From Desulfatiglandales bacterium (GTDB taxonomy: Bacteria > Desulfobacterota > DSM-4660 > Desulfatiglandales > HGW-15), in assembly GCA_963665715.2 (NCBI GenBank), contig CAXXPR010000002.1:372437-436436 (forward strand): a DNA stretch of 64,000 nt, in the 5' to 3' direction. The position numbers and the translations under genes are program-made. This document shows positions 9,830 through 18,309 of this stretch, piece after piece (the first letter of the stretch is position 1; each line of letters opens with the position of its first letter). The notes beneath the pieces are model-generated. The model searched no databases. It was not told the DNA's origin and was given only the letters and a program-made list of their open reading frames with translations.

Positions 9830-10204
9830 ATGCAGGTAGAAAGAAGAAAATACAGAAGGTTTGAGATACCGGGCGGGACTGCGAAGATAGTAAAGGCGCA
9901 GGGTTTTTCTTTGTTAAAACCTTTTACCTCGTCTTTTCCGCTTATGAATGCCTGTATGGGGGGCGTTAATATTCTCTGCAGCAAGGAGTTAAACACAGGT
10001 GATAATCTCCTTCTTGAATTAAACGCCCCTGGTGAGAAGGCCATAAGAGTCCGTGCAAAGGTTATATGGGCAAATCCGGTTCCCCTGAGCAACGATGTGC
10101 TGACAGGGTTTGAACTCGCATCCTTTGGTGACGACAGGAACCTTAATCCGCCGGAAGTAATGAACGTCCTGAGAAGGCTTTATGCAAAGTACGTAAAGTC
10201 GTAA
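9830..10204 (+). CDS. PilZ-domain protein
   Basis: ERRKYRR (RxxxR) and NACMGG (D/NxSxxG-like) motifs, AKVIW C-terminal strand. Confidence 0.75.
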   Translation: MQVERRKYRRFEIPGGTAKIVKAQGFSLLKPFTSSFPLMNACMGGVNILCSKELNTGDNLLLELNAPGEKAIRVRAKVIWANPVPLSNDVLTGFELASFGDDRNLNPPEVMNVLRRLYAKYVKS

Positions 10205-10222
10205 TTTAAAATATAACTCAAT

Positions 10223-10435
10223 CTAAGAAAAAAAATCTTCCTTTTCCCGGTCATGTTTTCTTTTATCTCTGTACCCGCGGCTATCGTTTTCTTTTGGTGA
10301 TTTCATCTTGTTTTTCCTGCAGGCATTGCATCTTTTGGGTATATCAAAACCTCTTGACTGCAGTTTTTCCTGCTCGCCGACTGTTACAATAAACTCGCTG
10401 TCACACTGGATACATCTTCTAATCTGGTCTTTCAT
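10223..10435 (-). CDS. Small zinc-ribbon protein (CxxC-x17-CxxC type)
   Basis: CIQCDSEF..T.GEQ....RGF..PKRCNACR; RBS aaggag before ATG 10435. Confidence 0.8.
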   Translation of the reverse strand: MKDQIRRCIQCDSEFIVTVGEQEKLQSRGFDIPKRCNACRKNKMKSPKENDSRGYRDKRKHDREKEDFFS

Positions 10436-10474
10436 AATCTTCTCCTTTGTACAAACCATGCCTTTCCCGCAAGA

Positions 10475-11848
10475 CTAGTAGGAAAGGAACTCACTTTCTC
10501 CCTTAAGTATTTTTAAATTTATTCCGTCATACCGGATAATCCGGGGTACAGGTTTAATAAAAGCCTGACGCAGAGAGTATGTGTATGCTCCCTGGTCAGG
10601 AATGATTATTATATCATTATTTTTTATGCTGCTGCCAAAAAGGTTTTTACCCCACACATCATCGGGTGTGCATAAGGGGCCGTAAACCGTGAATTCATTT
10701 TCTGTCATCGAAGGGTCGCTCAGATTTATTACCGGGATGTATTCGGTTAATGGGCGCTCCCATCCAAGTATGTTGATGCCTCCGTCAGTTACCGCATTTA
10801 CTCTTTCCTTGATATCGATTACTTTTACAAGTATATGCATGCTCTTCGTTGATATCCACCTGCCGGGTTCTGCATATATATTAAGATCTTTAAAGAATTG
10901 TCCCTGATTTTTCAAGGCTTCTGAGATTTTAAGAGCAAAGTAATCAAGACCGGTTGATTTCATATAGTAATGGCGGTTTTCAAACTTTGTGCCGGGCATA
11001 AGGGTTTTTATAACTCTTCCGGCTGTGGTGTTTTCAGGGTGGAGCCATTCTCCGTTATCAGGCCAGTAGCCTCCCCCTATATCAAAGAACCTGAAATCAC
11101 TTAGATAATCCTGCGGAATTTTATTTTTAAGATGCTGTGCAATATCTTCTATCAGTTTTACCTGTAATTCGGGTCCGAGATTCCAGCTGGTATGAAACTG
11201 TAATCCTGATGCCTTTATAAGGCCGTCTTCCGTAACTGTTTTTAAAAAAGAACCTGAATCTTCAAGCTTTATTCCGAATTTATTCCAGTAGCCCTGCCTC
11301 GGATTCCTGATTCTAATTCCTGCACAAATCCTGTCTGTTTCTCCGTTTTTTTTTCTTTTCAGCAGGGCTGCAAGCCTTTGATATTCTCCGGGGCTGTCCA
11401 GCATTATGGTAATTATGCTGCTGTTTGCCGCTGCAAGTTCAAGCTCTTCATCTCTTTTTCCCGGACCGCTGAATATAATCCTTCTGCATCCTGCTGCAAG
11501 GGCATTTTTAAGTTCAGTGCCGCTTGATACATCCAGGCCGTGACCCATATCCGAAACTTTACGTGCAATTTCAGGCAGATGATTGCTCTTCATTGCGTAG
11601 AACATATGGAAGTTTTCCAGTCGGCTTTTGAATGTACTGTAAAATCTGTCAACCGATGACTCAATTGATGTTTCATCATAAAAGTACTGGGGTGTTCCAA
11701 GCGCCTTTGCACTCTCAAGGTACAGCTCTTTTTTAAAGAGTATGTTCTGCACATATCTTTTAACATTGTTTTCCGGAAGCGGTCTGGCTGGACGGGAAAA
11801 TAGTCTGACCAGTGCTGAAGCGGCTTTATCCCTGAATGTGAGTTCCAT
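10475..11848 (-). CDS. Fold-type III PLP-dependent decarboxylase (diaminopimelate/ornithine decarboxylase family)
   Basis: YAMKSN (PLP Lys), DVSS, FSGPGK, KFG, DIGGG, EPGR, GPLCTPDD, GAY. Confidence 0.9.
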   Translation of the reverse strand: MELTFRDKAASALVRLFSRPARPLPENNVKRYVQNILFKKELYLESAKALGTPQYFYDETSIESSVDRFYSTFKSRLENFHMFYAMKSNHLPEIARKVSDMGHGLDVSSGTELKNALAAGCRRIIFSGPGKRDEELELAAANSSIITIMLDSPGEYQRLAALLKRKKNGETDRICAGIRIRNPRQGYWNKFGIKLEDSGSFLKTVTEDGLIKASGLQFHTSWNLGPELQVKLIEDIAQHLKNKIPQDYLSDFRFFDIGGGYWPDNGEWLHPENTTAGRVIKTLMPGTKFENRHYYMKSTGLDYFALKISEALKNQGQFFKDLNIYAEPGRWISTKSMHILVKVIDIKERVNAVTDGGINILGWERPLTEYIPVINLSDPSMTENEFTVYGPLCTPDDVWGKNLFGSSIKNNDIIIIPDQGAYTYSLRQAFIKPVPRIIRYDGINLKILKGESEFLSY

Positions 11849-11850
11849 GT

Positions 11851-13149
11851 TTAACAGGGGACAGAGTAGGTTACTTTTAATTTGTTTTGCATTTCATTAC
11901 ATACTGATATTGGAGATTCTTCTGCGTCGAGGGTTATGACACTGTAACCAATCAGTCTGTTGTCATAATCATCGGGAGGCAGAGTTATTGAATCCCCCGG
12001 CTTTTTTTTAAGCAGAATAAATTTTGTTCGCGAGTCTTTTATAATTTCTTCCGTATCAATCTTATCTATTATCCCTTCCCGATCCGAATAAAAATGAACA
12101 GTGGCATGCCTTCCTGCCGGTTCGGGAAATCCTTCCAGTGGCCCGTTACTGCCGGTCATTATATCCAGGTAGGTTATGAGAATATTAATTCCTGTTGAGG
12201 CTTTTATGAGGTCAGGAAGCGAATCCCCTCCGGGTCTTGGAGTGAGCTCTATTATACTGATCATATTGTCGTTTACAATAAAATCAGCCATAAAATAACC
12301 CCAGGAAAATCCGAGTGAGTTCGCCGCCTTCATCATGGCGGATTTTATATCGTCTTTTTTTATACTGGCCGGATAAACCGGCGGCATAAGATAGCCGGAT
12401 ATGGTTCCGAACTCGCAGGCTCTGTCTTTTATTTTTTCTGTTTCTCTTAAAATATGGATACTGCTGTTTTCCATAAAAAAGTCGCAGCTGTATTCAGGAC
12501 CGCTGACAAACTCTTCAACAATCCAGAACCTGCATGGATCAATCATTTCACGGGATACAGGGTCCATAAGGGGATAAAAAAGAGGATTTTCTTTCCTTTT
12601 TTCAAGCTGGGTCTTAATAATTTCCACAGCTTCTTCTATTTCTTTTTCATCTGTACAGTGAAATACAAGTTCGCTGCCGCTGCCGGTTAAGGGTTTTATA
12701 ACCGCATCACGATTGTATTTATTAAAAAGTTCGATGCTATAGGAAAGACCCGAGGCAAGTTCGCACTCAGGGGTCTTAACCCTCTCGTTCATCCAGAGCC
12801 TGCTTGATAAAAATTTATTTCTTGCCTTGAGAACTGCATCCGGAGGCGGAAACGGGGAGTCAAAATATTCGGCCAGTCTGCCTGTAAGGTAAAGGGCTTC
12901 GCAGTCAAAACATGCAAAATACGGTTTAAGATTTGATGCAGCAATATATTTTATTAAAATGTTCAAAGTGCCGCTGTAGTCTTCAAGATTTGAAAAAAGA
13001 TGATCGGAATTATCTTTTTTTTCAAGCTCAGGAAAACCTTTAAACTTTGAGTCAAGGAGGAAAAGCATATGGTAAGGCTTTTCCTCCTCTTCTATTCTTA
13101 AAACATAGTCCGGAGTTGTACCAACAACAATTATCAGGTGCGGTTCCAT
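11851..13149 (-). CDS. ATP-grasp ligase (L-amino-acid ligase-like)
   Basis: RNK, VIKPLTGSGS, IVEEFVSGPEYSCD, IIELTPRPGG. Confidence 0.88.
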   Translation of the reverse strand: MEPHLIIVVGTTPDYVLRIEEEEKPYHMLFLLDSKFKGFPELEKKDNSDHLFSNLEDYSGTLNILIKYIAASNLKPYFACFDCEALYLTGRLAEYFDSPFPPPDAVLKARNKFLSSRLWMNERVKTPECELASGLSYSIELFNKYNRDAVIKPLTGSGSELVFHCTDEKEIEEAVEIIKTQLEKRKENPLFYPLMDPVSREMIDPCRFWIVEEFVSGPEYSCDFFMENSSIHILRETEKIKDRACEFGTISGYLMPPVYPASIKKDDIKSAMMKAANSLGFSWGYFMADFIVNDNMISIIELTPRPGGDSLPDLIKASTGINILITYLDIMTGSNGPLEGFPEPAGRHATVHFYSDREGIIDKIDTEEIIKDSRTKFILLKKKPGDSITLPPDDYDNRLIGYSVITLDAEESPISVCNEMQNKLKVTYSVPC

Positions 13150-13151
13150 CT

Positions 13152-14132
13152 TTAATGTGCTTCCAATCCTTCTAATACAGGCTCTGATAGTCTGATGTCG
13201 TACACAGGAGTCATGTCCTCCAGGTCCGGAGAAACGAGCTTGAGCAGCGGCTCTTCATCAAGGTGCCACAGCTTTTTCCAGTTGAAATCACCGCAGAGAA
13301 AATCCACCTTATTGATCCTGTTTTCCAGTGCATAATCAATATGGTTCATGTTCATGGCTTTCGCCAGTCCCTGTATCCTCGCAAACACCCCGCCCAGAAA
13401 TACTGTGTAGGTTCCGTTGTATACTGCTCCTACATCAACTGCCACGGTATTTCCTTCAATCTCGAGACTTACCATCCTGAGACAGTCCATCCGGTCAAGA
13501 AGCCTGATGATATCTCTGAAACTGTTTCTGAAACGGGAGTCCTGAAGGTAACTGTCCTCACCATAACGCTCGATGCTCATTTCAACAAGAAGTTCGAAGT
13601 CTTCAATCCGGTTTATATGAAAAACTGCCCCCATGCTCAGGATGTTATTAACATCTTTGAGTATGCTTTTATACTTCTTGCCGGAAAAACGGGAGCGGTA
13701 ATTCAGCTTTTCAAAATCAAGCCTGCCGGGATACATGACATAACCTGTTTCATCGGCAGATACATAATCGGGAAGGTAATCCGAATCGCAGTCAATATAC
13801 CTGAGGTAGGTCCTTTCGGTACAGGAAGCAAGAAGCCTGTAAAGTATATCACGGTTTATTGCGTATACAGGGGTTCTTTCCAGCCAGGTTTTGTTTTTCC
13901 ATATTTCTCCAGGAAAAAAAGCCGTGATATCCAGGCTGTCAATGTGAGACAGAGGAAGAACACCGTAAATATTTCCTCTTTCTTCCATGACATTAAAGCA
14001 GAACCTGTTATTAAAATAACGGTGAAAACACATCCTGAATTCCCAGAGGTCTGATACAGACTTTACAGGGATAAACGTTTTCCAGAGTTTTTCACATAAG
14101 TAGGGATCCGTAATTAACCGGTTCTCTATCAT
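13152..14132 (-). CDS. GNAT-family acyltransferase (CelD/BcsL/FemAB-like double fold)
   Basis: C-terminal LEIEG..VAV..G, GLAK, I.YA..N....VDFLCGDFNWKKLW pattern typical of Acetyltransf_6 proteins. Confidence 0.75.
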   Translation of the reverse strand: MIENRLITDPYLCEKLWKTFIPVKSVSDLWEFRMCFHRYFNNRFCFNVMEERGNIYGVLPLSHIDSLDITAFFPGEIWKNKTWLERTPVYAINRDILYRLLASCTERTYLRYIDCDSDYLPDYVSADETGYVMYPGRLDFEKLNYRSRFSGKKYKSILKDVNNILSMGAVFHINRIEDFELLVEMSIERYGEDSYLQDSRFRNSFRDIIRLLDRMDCLRMVSLEIEGNTVAVDVGAVYNGTYTVFLGGVFARIQGLAKAMNMNHIDYALENRINKVDFLCGDFNWKKLWHLDEEPLLKLVSPDLEDMTPVYDIRLSEPVLEGLEAH

Positions 14133-14512
14133 TTTCTGTGAAGAACCTGAAGGCGAACTTCTTCCGCATCAAAAAAGTTTTTTGCAAAGTCAGCTACTGT
14201 CTGTGAATCGTAATATTTGCAGCTGAAAACATCCAGGTATGTTGTGTTTGACTGGTTGGCAAAATGAGCTGATATAAGTGATGTTTCAATCAGCTGGGTC
14301 ATTGAGAAACCTGCAACTCTTTCATCTTCTCCAAAGTTTACAACAGTTGTCTCGCCAAAGCGTTTCATTTCAATCAGGTCGCAGAGTTCTGCAACAAATT
14401 TTTTAATGAGATCTGCATCTCTTATTTTATCAGGGTTACATCCGTAAAGGTCAACACATGAATGGATGCCCCATGGTGCCGGTTCTGTTACTGGTAATGT
14501 GCTTAAGTTCAT
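14129..14512 (-). CDS. speD: Pyruvoyl-dependent S-adenosylmethionine decarboxylase-family proenzyme
   Basis: G.H..VDLYGC, GFS..QLIETSLISAH (self-cleavage Ser), YLDVFSCK; single-domain 127 aa. Confidence 0.85.
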   Translation of the reverse strand: MNLSTLPVTEPAPWGIHSCVDLYGCNPDKIRDADLIKKFVAELCDLIEMKRFGETTVVNFGEDERVAGFSMTQLIETSLISAHFANQSNTTYLDVFSCKYYDSQTVADFAKNFFDAEEVRLQVLHRK

Positions 14513-14679
14513 ATCTTATCTCCTCTCCATGGCTGTAAGATCCAGGCCGATATCAAAAGGTTTAACCAGTGTCCATCCCGAAAGAATTAGAAAGCGGATG
14601 AACACCAACTATAAAATGTTTTCTGGATCATCTGTCAGAATAATCCAGTGTTGTGTTCTATCGAATCTAACAACGCAAA

Positions 14680-14694
14680 GCAATTAATGTGCCT
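14680..14694 (-). promoter_or_regulatory. Sigma54 promoter of the speD-like operon
   Basis: Minus strand AGGCAC-ATTAA-TTGC, exact GG-N10-GC spacing, ~170 nt upstream of the speD ATG. Confidence 0.7.
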
Positions 14695-14874
14695 GAAAAC
14701 GTAACTGCCTGATATTAAAACTGTAATGGATAATTATGTGTGAGAGTAGCGGAACCATCAGTTCCTGTTGGTGAAAGATAAGGAAAATATATGTTCCGGG
14801 TACGGTGGAAATGATTGTAAGGTCTTGATATTAAAAGGTGTTTAATGGTGGAACTGTTTGTTCCTGCAAATTGA

Positions 14875-14901
14875 AAAAGAGGAACTTTTAATTCCTCTTT
14901 T
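14875..14901 (-). terminator. Intrinsic terminator-like hairpin after uppP
   Basis: aaaagaggaa / ttcctctttt stem just past the uppP stop. Confidence 0.6.
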
Positions 14902-14911
14902 AGCTGTGCTT

Positions 14912-15730
14912 TTAAAAAAAGAAAATAATAGTAAGGCCCAGTGCCCAGCAGTAGGGGGCAAACCATGCAAAATTTCCTTTTTTTACCATTGTCATCAGAA
15001 GTTTAAGTGCAAAAAAACCGGTAATAGCTGCTGAGAAAAAGCCGATAGCCATGGGGAGTATTTCGACTGATCCAGGATTACTGTCTGCAACCTGGAGAAC
15101 CATCGCTCCTATAATAGCCGGAATAGATAAAAGAAAAGAGAACCTGCCCGCCAGTTCTCTGTCTATGCCGCAAAGCATGCCGCACACGATTGTAGAACCT
15201 GATCTTGAAATGCCGGGAGTAATTGCCAGACCCTGTGCGGTACCTACTGCCAGTGAAGATAAAAGCCCTACCTTTTTTCTTTTTGTATAACTGGAAGGCA
15301 TCAGTTTTGATATCAGTACAATGACACCTGTTATCATCAGCATCCATGCAGCTTTTTTGGGTTCCTCAAAAAGGCTTTCAAGTTTGTCTTTGAATACAAG
15401 GGCAATCAGGACAGTGGGTATTGTTCCTGTAACCACCCAGAGTGAGAGAAGGGCATGGGGCTTATCTTTTATTGATGAAAGCGTTTCTTTTTTATTTAAA
15501 AGTCCTGCCAGGTATTGGAAAGTTTCAGAAATCATTTCTTTAAGATCATCCCTGAAGAAAATGAATACTGCCAGGAGTGTTCCCATATGAAGGGTGATAT
15601 CCAGAAGAAGTTCCCCTTCATGTATATCCAGAAATTTCTGAAATATAACAAGGTGTCCTGAGCTGCTTACTGGTAAAAATTCCGTAAGCCCCTGAATGAT
15701 TCCAAGTATTAACGCTGAGATGCTGTCCAT
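14912..15730 (-). CDS. uppP: Undecaprenyl-diphosphate phosphatase
   Basis: GIIQGLTEFLPVSSSGH and PGISRSG motifs; hydrophobic. Confidence 0.97.
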   Translation of the reverse strand: MDSISALILGIIQGLTEFLPVSSSGHLVIFQKFLDIHEGELLLDITLHMGTLLAVFIFFRDDLKEMISETFQYLAGLLNKKETLSSIKDKPHALLSLWVVTGTIPTVLIALVFKDKLESLFEEPKKAAWMLMITGVIVLISKLMPSSYTKRKKVGLLSSLAVGTAQGLAITPGISRSGSTIVCGMLCGIDRELAGRFSFLLSIPAIIGAMVLQVADSNPGSVEILPMAIGFFSAAITGFFALKLLMTMVKKGNFAWFAPYCWALGLTIIFFF

Positions 15731-15949
15731 ATTAAATTCCGTTTTATTATTTTAATTATTAAATATCTAACAGGTTTACGAAGCGCTTTCAAAACATTTA
15801 ATTTTGATCTGTTGTCAGTTCGGCGTGGTTATTCCGGCGCTGAACTTTTCTCAAAGATTGATCTGACTCACGCTGTTCACTTGTTTTTTTTACTTCTCCT
15901 CTAATTGGAAGAAGCAGGTAAAGGATGCCTTTGCCGTTATTATGCCTGT

Positions 15950-17332
15950 TTACCTGTCTTTAAAAATCTTCCCGGGATTAAGAATATTATCAGGATCAAA
16001 AGAAGCTTTGATACGCTTCATAAGGTCAATGGCAGGTTTAGAAAGCTCCATCTCAAGGTATTCGGCCTTTGTTATTCCTATGCCGTGTTCTCCTGTGATT
16101 GTGCCTTTTAGATCAATAACCTTTTTAAAAAGTTCCCTTACTATCTTATCTCCGGTTTTCTTTTCATCCTCATTACTGCTGTCCATCAGTATATTAACGT
16201 GCATGTTGCCGTCCCCTGCATGTCCGTAGGAAGCAATGGGGAGCCCGTACTGATTACTCAGGTTTTCCAGAAACTCGACAAGGTCCGGTATGCGGTTTCT
16301 GGGTACAACTATGTCTTCACTTATTTTTGCGGGTTTTAATTCCAGCAGAGAAGTGGATATCTCCCTTCGGGCGGCCCAGAGTTTTTCCACCTCTTCAGTG
16401 TCTGAGGCCAGCCGAAAATCTATTGCCCCTGTCTTGCTGCATACCTCTTTTACCTTTTCTGCCTCAGTTACCGTAAGCTGCTCATTGCCATCCACCTCAA
16501 TAAGAAGTATTGCCGCAGTGTTTTCAGGTATATCAAATTCAAGCCTTGATCTTACGCAGGTAATTATAAACCTGTCTAAAAATTCAAGAGTGGCAGGTAT
16601 TACCCCGGCCTGTATTATCGCCGATACTGTTGACGCTGCTGCCCTCATGCTCTCAAAAAAAACAATCATTGTCTTTTTGGATTCAGGTTTCGGCATGAGT
16701 TTGACAGTTATGGATGTTATAACCGCAAGGGTTCCTTCGGAGCCTACAATAAGGCTTGTGAGATCATACCCTGCAACACCCTTCATTGTTTCAACACCGG
16801 TTTTTATTATCTCTCCGGTCGGAAGCACTACTGTAAGACCTAAAATATAGTCACCGGTTACGCCGTATTTTAGACCTCTTAAACCTCCGGCGCATTCCGC
16901 TACATTTCCTCCCATTGTAGAAACATCGGCGCTTGCCGGGTCCGGCGGGTAAAACAGACCCAGTTTTTCCACTTCTTTCTGGAAATCTTCGGTTATTACA
17001 AAGGGTTCTACCCTGGCTGTCAGATTTTCTCTGTCTATTTCAAGGATACGGCTGAATTTATCCATTGAAAGAACAAGGCCGCCTTTAACCGGCAGTGCTC
17101 CACCTGTTTTTCCGCTTCCGCCTCCCCTTGGTATCACGGGAAAATAAATTCTGTTTGCCAGTTTGAAAATTTCGGATATTTCTTCGGCAGTGGATGGTAA
17201 GGCCACGGCATCCGCCATGTATATAAGTTTGGTGCTGTCGGTTGAGTATTCTTCCAGGCCGTCTTTTTCTGTTAAAAGGCAGCCTGGTTTAAGGATGTTT
17301 TTTAACTCGGCGAGCGCCTGTTCCGGGATCAT
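15950..17332 (-). CDS. glcD: FAD-linked oxidase, GlcD/D-lactate dehydrogenase family
   Basis: PRGGGSG, YPPDPAS, GGNVAE.AGG..GLKYG, GSEGTL, GHAGDGNMH, GEHGIG, LNPGK. Confidence 0.88.
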   Translation of the reverse strand: MIPEQALAELKNILKPGCLLTEKDGLEEYSTDSTKLIYMADAVALPSTAEEISEIFKLANRIYFPVIPRGGGSGKTGGALPVKGGLVLSMDKFSRILEIDRENLTARVEPFVITEDFQKEVEKLGLFYPPDPASADVSTMGGNVAECAGGLRGLKYGVTGDYILGLTVVLPTGEIIKTGVETMKGVAGYDLTSLIVGSEGTLAVITSITVKLMPKPESKKTMIVFFESMRAAASTVSAIIQAGVIPATLEFLDRFIITCVRSRLEFDIPENTAAILLIEVDGNEQLTVTEAEKVKEVCSKTGAIDFRLASDTEEVEKLWAARREISTSLLELKPAKISEDIVVPRNRIPDLVEFLENLSNQYGLPIASYGHAGDGNMHVNILMDSSNEDEKKTGDKIVRELFKKVIDLKGTITGEHGIGITKAEYLEMELSKPAIDLMKRIKASFDPDNILNPGKIFKDR

Positions 17333-17333
17333 G

Positions 17334-17933
17334 TTAAATCCGGGTTCTGCTGTTAAAGGAGTGTTTGAGGGTCATGTAATCCATATATTTAAGGTCTCCT
17401 CCCACCGGTACACCAAGTGCGATTCTTGTAACCTTGATATTTTTTTTCATTAAAAGATCTGCCAGGTAGGATGATGTAGCCTCTCCCTGTGTGGAGGGAT
17501 TTATGGCAAGCACAACCTCTTCAACCTCTTCGCTGCTGCAGCGGGAGAGGAGTTCTCCTATTTTGATATCTTCCGGGCCGATTCCGTCCAGAGGAGAAAG
17601 AACACCATGCAGCACATGATATCTTCCCTTGAAAACTCCGGTTTCCTCTATGGCCAGCTGATCTCCGGGGCCTTCCACAACACAGATAATATTACTCTGG
17701 CGGCTGCTGTCATTACAGACTGCGCATGGATCTGTGTCGGTAAAGTTAAAACACACGGAGCAGAACTTAATCTGCTCCTTTACTTCGATCAGGCTTTTTA
17801 CAAGGCTTTCTGATAATTCCTTTTTACTGTTCAGAATATAAAGGGCCATTCTTGATGCGGATTTCTGACCGATTCCGGGAAGCCTTGAGAGCTGCCTGAT
17901 CAACCTTTCCAACGGTGGAGGGTATATATCCAT
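17334..17933 (-). CDS. recR: Recombination mediator RecR
   Basis: LPGIGQKSA.R, C4 zinc finger, ICVVE, YHVLHG..SPLDG, TOPRIM; dnaX-ybaB-recR order. Confidence 0.98.
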   Translation of the reverse strand: MDIYPPPLERLIRQLSRLPGIGQKSASRMALYILNSKKELSESLVKSLIEVKEQIKFCSVCFNFTDTDPCAVCNDSSRQSNIICVVEGPGDQLAIEETGVFKGRYHVLHGVLSPLDGIGPEDIKIGELLSRCSSEEVEEVVLAINPSTQGEATSSYLADLLMKKNIKVTRIALGVPVGGDLKYMDYMTLKHSFNSRTRI

Positions 17934-17940
17934 AATGCAG

Positions 17941-18270
17941 TTACATTAGTCCCGGTATATTGGGAAGGTTAAGACCTCCGGTCAGTTTTCCCATTTCATC
18001 GTTTACCATCTTTTTTGCACGTGCCATGCCGTCATTAACTGCTGCAAGTACCAGGTCCTGGAGCATTTCAACATCTTCAGGATCAACGACTTCCTTATCT
18101 ATACTGATAGATACCATTTCCTGGTTTCCATTAACAACAACGGTCACCATGCCGCCGCCTGATGTGGCTTCAATGGTTTTGTGCCCGAGTTCTTCCTGAA
18201 GCTTGGCCATTTTGTTCTGAAACTGCTGAGCCTGCTTCATTATATTTCCCATGTTTGGCATTCCCTTCAT
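17941..18270 (-). CDS. ybaB: YbaB/EbfC nucleoid-associated protein
   Basis: MKQAQQ.Q, SGGGMVTV, D.EMLQDLVLAAVND. Confidence 0.97.
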   Translation of the reverse strand: MKGMPNMGNIMKQAQQFQNKMAKLQEELGHKTIEATSGGGMVTVVVNGNQEMVSISIDKEVVDPEDVEMLQDLVLAAVNDGMARAKKMVNDEMGKLTGGLNLPNIPGLM

Positions 18271-18309
18271 TATCTTCCTCCTTATATATCAATTATATTT
18301 TGTTATAGT

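Noticed and set aside
10475-11848. Calling the decarboxylase lysA or nspC
   Set aside because: Family motifs are clear but substrate-determining residues cannot be assigned by eye, and the context is neither lysine nor carboxyspermidine biosynthesis.
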